In this document: in pieces, positions 62,065 to 64,000 of the stretch
Numbering within the stretch: position 1 is the stretch's first letter
How the letters are laid out: each line of letters opens with the position of its first letter
Source: Octopus sinensis
Taxonomy: Eukaryota
Reading direction: 5' to 3'
DNA length: 64,000 bases
Assembly: GCF_006345805.1 (NCBI RefSeq)
Contig: NC_043021.1
Location: 4,402,001 to 4,466,000 of the forward strand
The notes under the pieces: generated by a model
Databases searched by the model: none
What the model was told of the DNA's origin: nothing
The model's input: the letters and a program-made list of their open reading frames with translations, nothing else
Made by a program: the position numbers and the translations under genes

Positions 62065-63400
62065 GTAACCCATCACTCATACATCTCGTAAAACCCTTCT
62101 TCTTTTAAACTACTTTACTTTCCAGCAGAAATGCTATTCAGAAAATCCCAAATACGCACACATAACGTCATATTAATGAGAAATATGTATAGTGTGTATA
62201 TATGATGTAATATAATGTTTGAAGTGGTGTACAAATATTGTATATTAAGTAGGAGGCTGTCAGAATTTTGGATAATTCTTAGTGCTTTCGTTCGATTAGC
62301 CGAACTCTTCCAGATAATATTGCTAGAAATAAGAGTTAAAGACTTACAGCATCAAGAGACTTTAACTCTTATTTCTAGCAATCTAGGTGCTTCGGCACCC
62401 TCAGTCACATTTGATGACGATAAATGTTTTCCTTTATGGTAATATATTGCGTCTAGCTGTTTATATTAAATTAATAATAATAATAATAATAATAAGGTGG
62501 TTGGACGCAATTCAAAACCAAAAACAAAATAATTCACCGTCACTAAAAAGTGACCAAAGGTGCAGGGAGCACCAGCATTGCTAGAAATATACGTAGTGTT
62601 CATGGTTATAGATTTGCCAATATCTTACCCTTCCCCTACTTTGTGGTAAGATGATCTGGTGACCTCTTTGCGATCCTAAGGGTATAGAATCTTCGTTTCA
62701 TATCATACCATTTCTTGTCATTTTGAACAGGCCCCTCTCCCTATTCTCTCTCTCACTGTGTTGTTGTGTTTTTACTGGATAAACGAATGTCTTTAATATT
62801 TGTTTATCTAACAACCTTTGTTATTCTTCCTCGTAGTCAAAGAGGAAACATTTTACGATGGTTTGACCTCCTGGAAATAACAGCTGACTCTCCTTTATGT
62901 TATTTCCTATTACCTTAGAAAAAAAAGTTACATCGGATTAGGTATAGGCTAACTCTATAGTTTTTACGTACATATATATATATAAATATGCGGGACTAAT
63001 CATAAATCCAAAACAATCTGGAAAATATAAATATTGATTTGGGTTTTCTGCGTATGCGAAACGAATGTGCGACCTTCTTTTAGAAATGCGCCTCTCCAAG
63101 AAAATGAAATGCAATCTTAAAAGTTATGAAAATGGAAAACATATACAAAGTAAATGATGTATGCAAAAAATTAGAAAGATTAATCCATTTTTAAATATTT
63201 TATTATAAAAATCTAAAACAGAAACGGGAAACGAGCACCGTGGAATATAAACAAACATGTCGGATGATACAAGGGGCGGTAATTTACTTTTACCTGTCAG
63301 GTATTATTAATGATACGAGGATCTCGACAATATTGTTTGCAAATTCTTGATTGTTTTTAATCAGATTTTTTTTTTACTGTGCACACTGGTTAGGGTTAGG

Positions 63401-63799
63401 GGCAATCTTTCGTCTCTAGTAGACCTTTCCGTCGATTTCCGTAAAAAATTATTTTTTTTTACATATGGGCTTGCGGGAACTTTTGAAGTAATGAGAGCCA
63501 AAGAGACTAAGAGAAAGCGATTGTATGACGAGGGAAGTTCTTTTGAAGTTACCGTCCAGGGGAAGCATTGATGTACATGTGTGTGTGTGTTTGATGTGGT
63601 GTGGGAGACAGACAGTATGTTGTGTAAGTGAAGTGCTTCTGTTAGTGTGTGTGAAAGAAAGAGATAACTGAAATTTTTTACTCGGTGTATGTGTATATGT
63701 ATGTATATTACTTCAAAAGTTCCCGCAAGCCCATATGTAAAAAAAGAAATTTTTTTTACGGAAATCGACGGAAAGGTCTACTAGAGACGAAAGATCGCC
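63401..63799. mobile_element. Foldback MITE with ~92-bp TIRs starting GGCRATCTTTCG, 8-bp TSD GGGTTAGG
   Basis: 63401-63492 is the reverse complement of 63707-63799; TSD at 63393-63400 and 63800-63807. Confidence 0.9.
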
Positions 63800-64000
63800 G
63801 GGTTAGGTGGTGTGCACTCACTTTACCATCGCCCATTTTATGATGTGATATGGTTGGCATCCTTTTTGTCTCGGGAGACAATGGAGTTGCGCATAAAATA
63901 GTCTAGTCTGGCTTTTACATTTCATGTCCTAATACATCTCCTGCTGTGGCTGATATACGACAGAAATAATTATAAAGCAATAGAGTAAATATATTTAAGA

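Overview
AT-rich, repeat-dense eukaryotic genomic DNA. The repeat repertoire (tRNA-derived SINEs with internal TA/TG microsatellites, CR1 and RTE LINE ends) looks like Octopus (inference). Most of the window is intronic sequence of a large minus-strand gene. That gene shows one 904-bp exon encoding a JAKMIP/RIM-binding-protein-like coiled coil (39067-39970) and two further ATG-initiated exons (20654-20731, 10115-10360). All three end in phase-0 GTAAG donors, which suggests alternative N-termini spliced to a common exon left of the window. At the right end, a plus-strand gene starts whose first coding exon resembles the N-terminal anchor of USP30 (61956-62064). The rest is a nested TE landscape: several SINE families (labelled A-D and G here; the labels are mine), CR1 and RTE remnants, Tc1/mariner/Tigger remnants, a piggyBac-type MITE, non-autonomous Helitrons, foldback MITEs, and GG-terminal MITEs with 8-bp TSDs, including a 25-bp minimal copy. 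Most ORFs in the supplied track are artefacts of SINEs and microsatellites. All coordinates and identities were read by eye; no database search was run.
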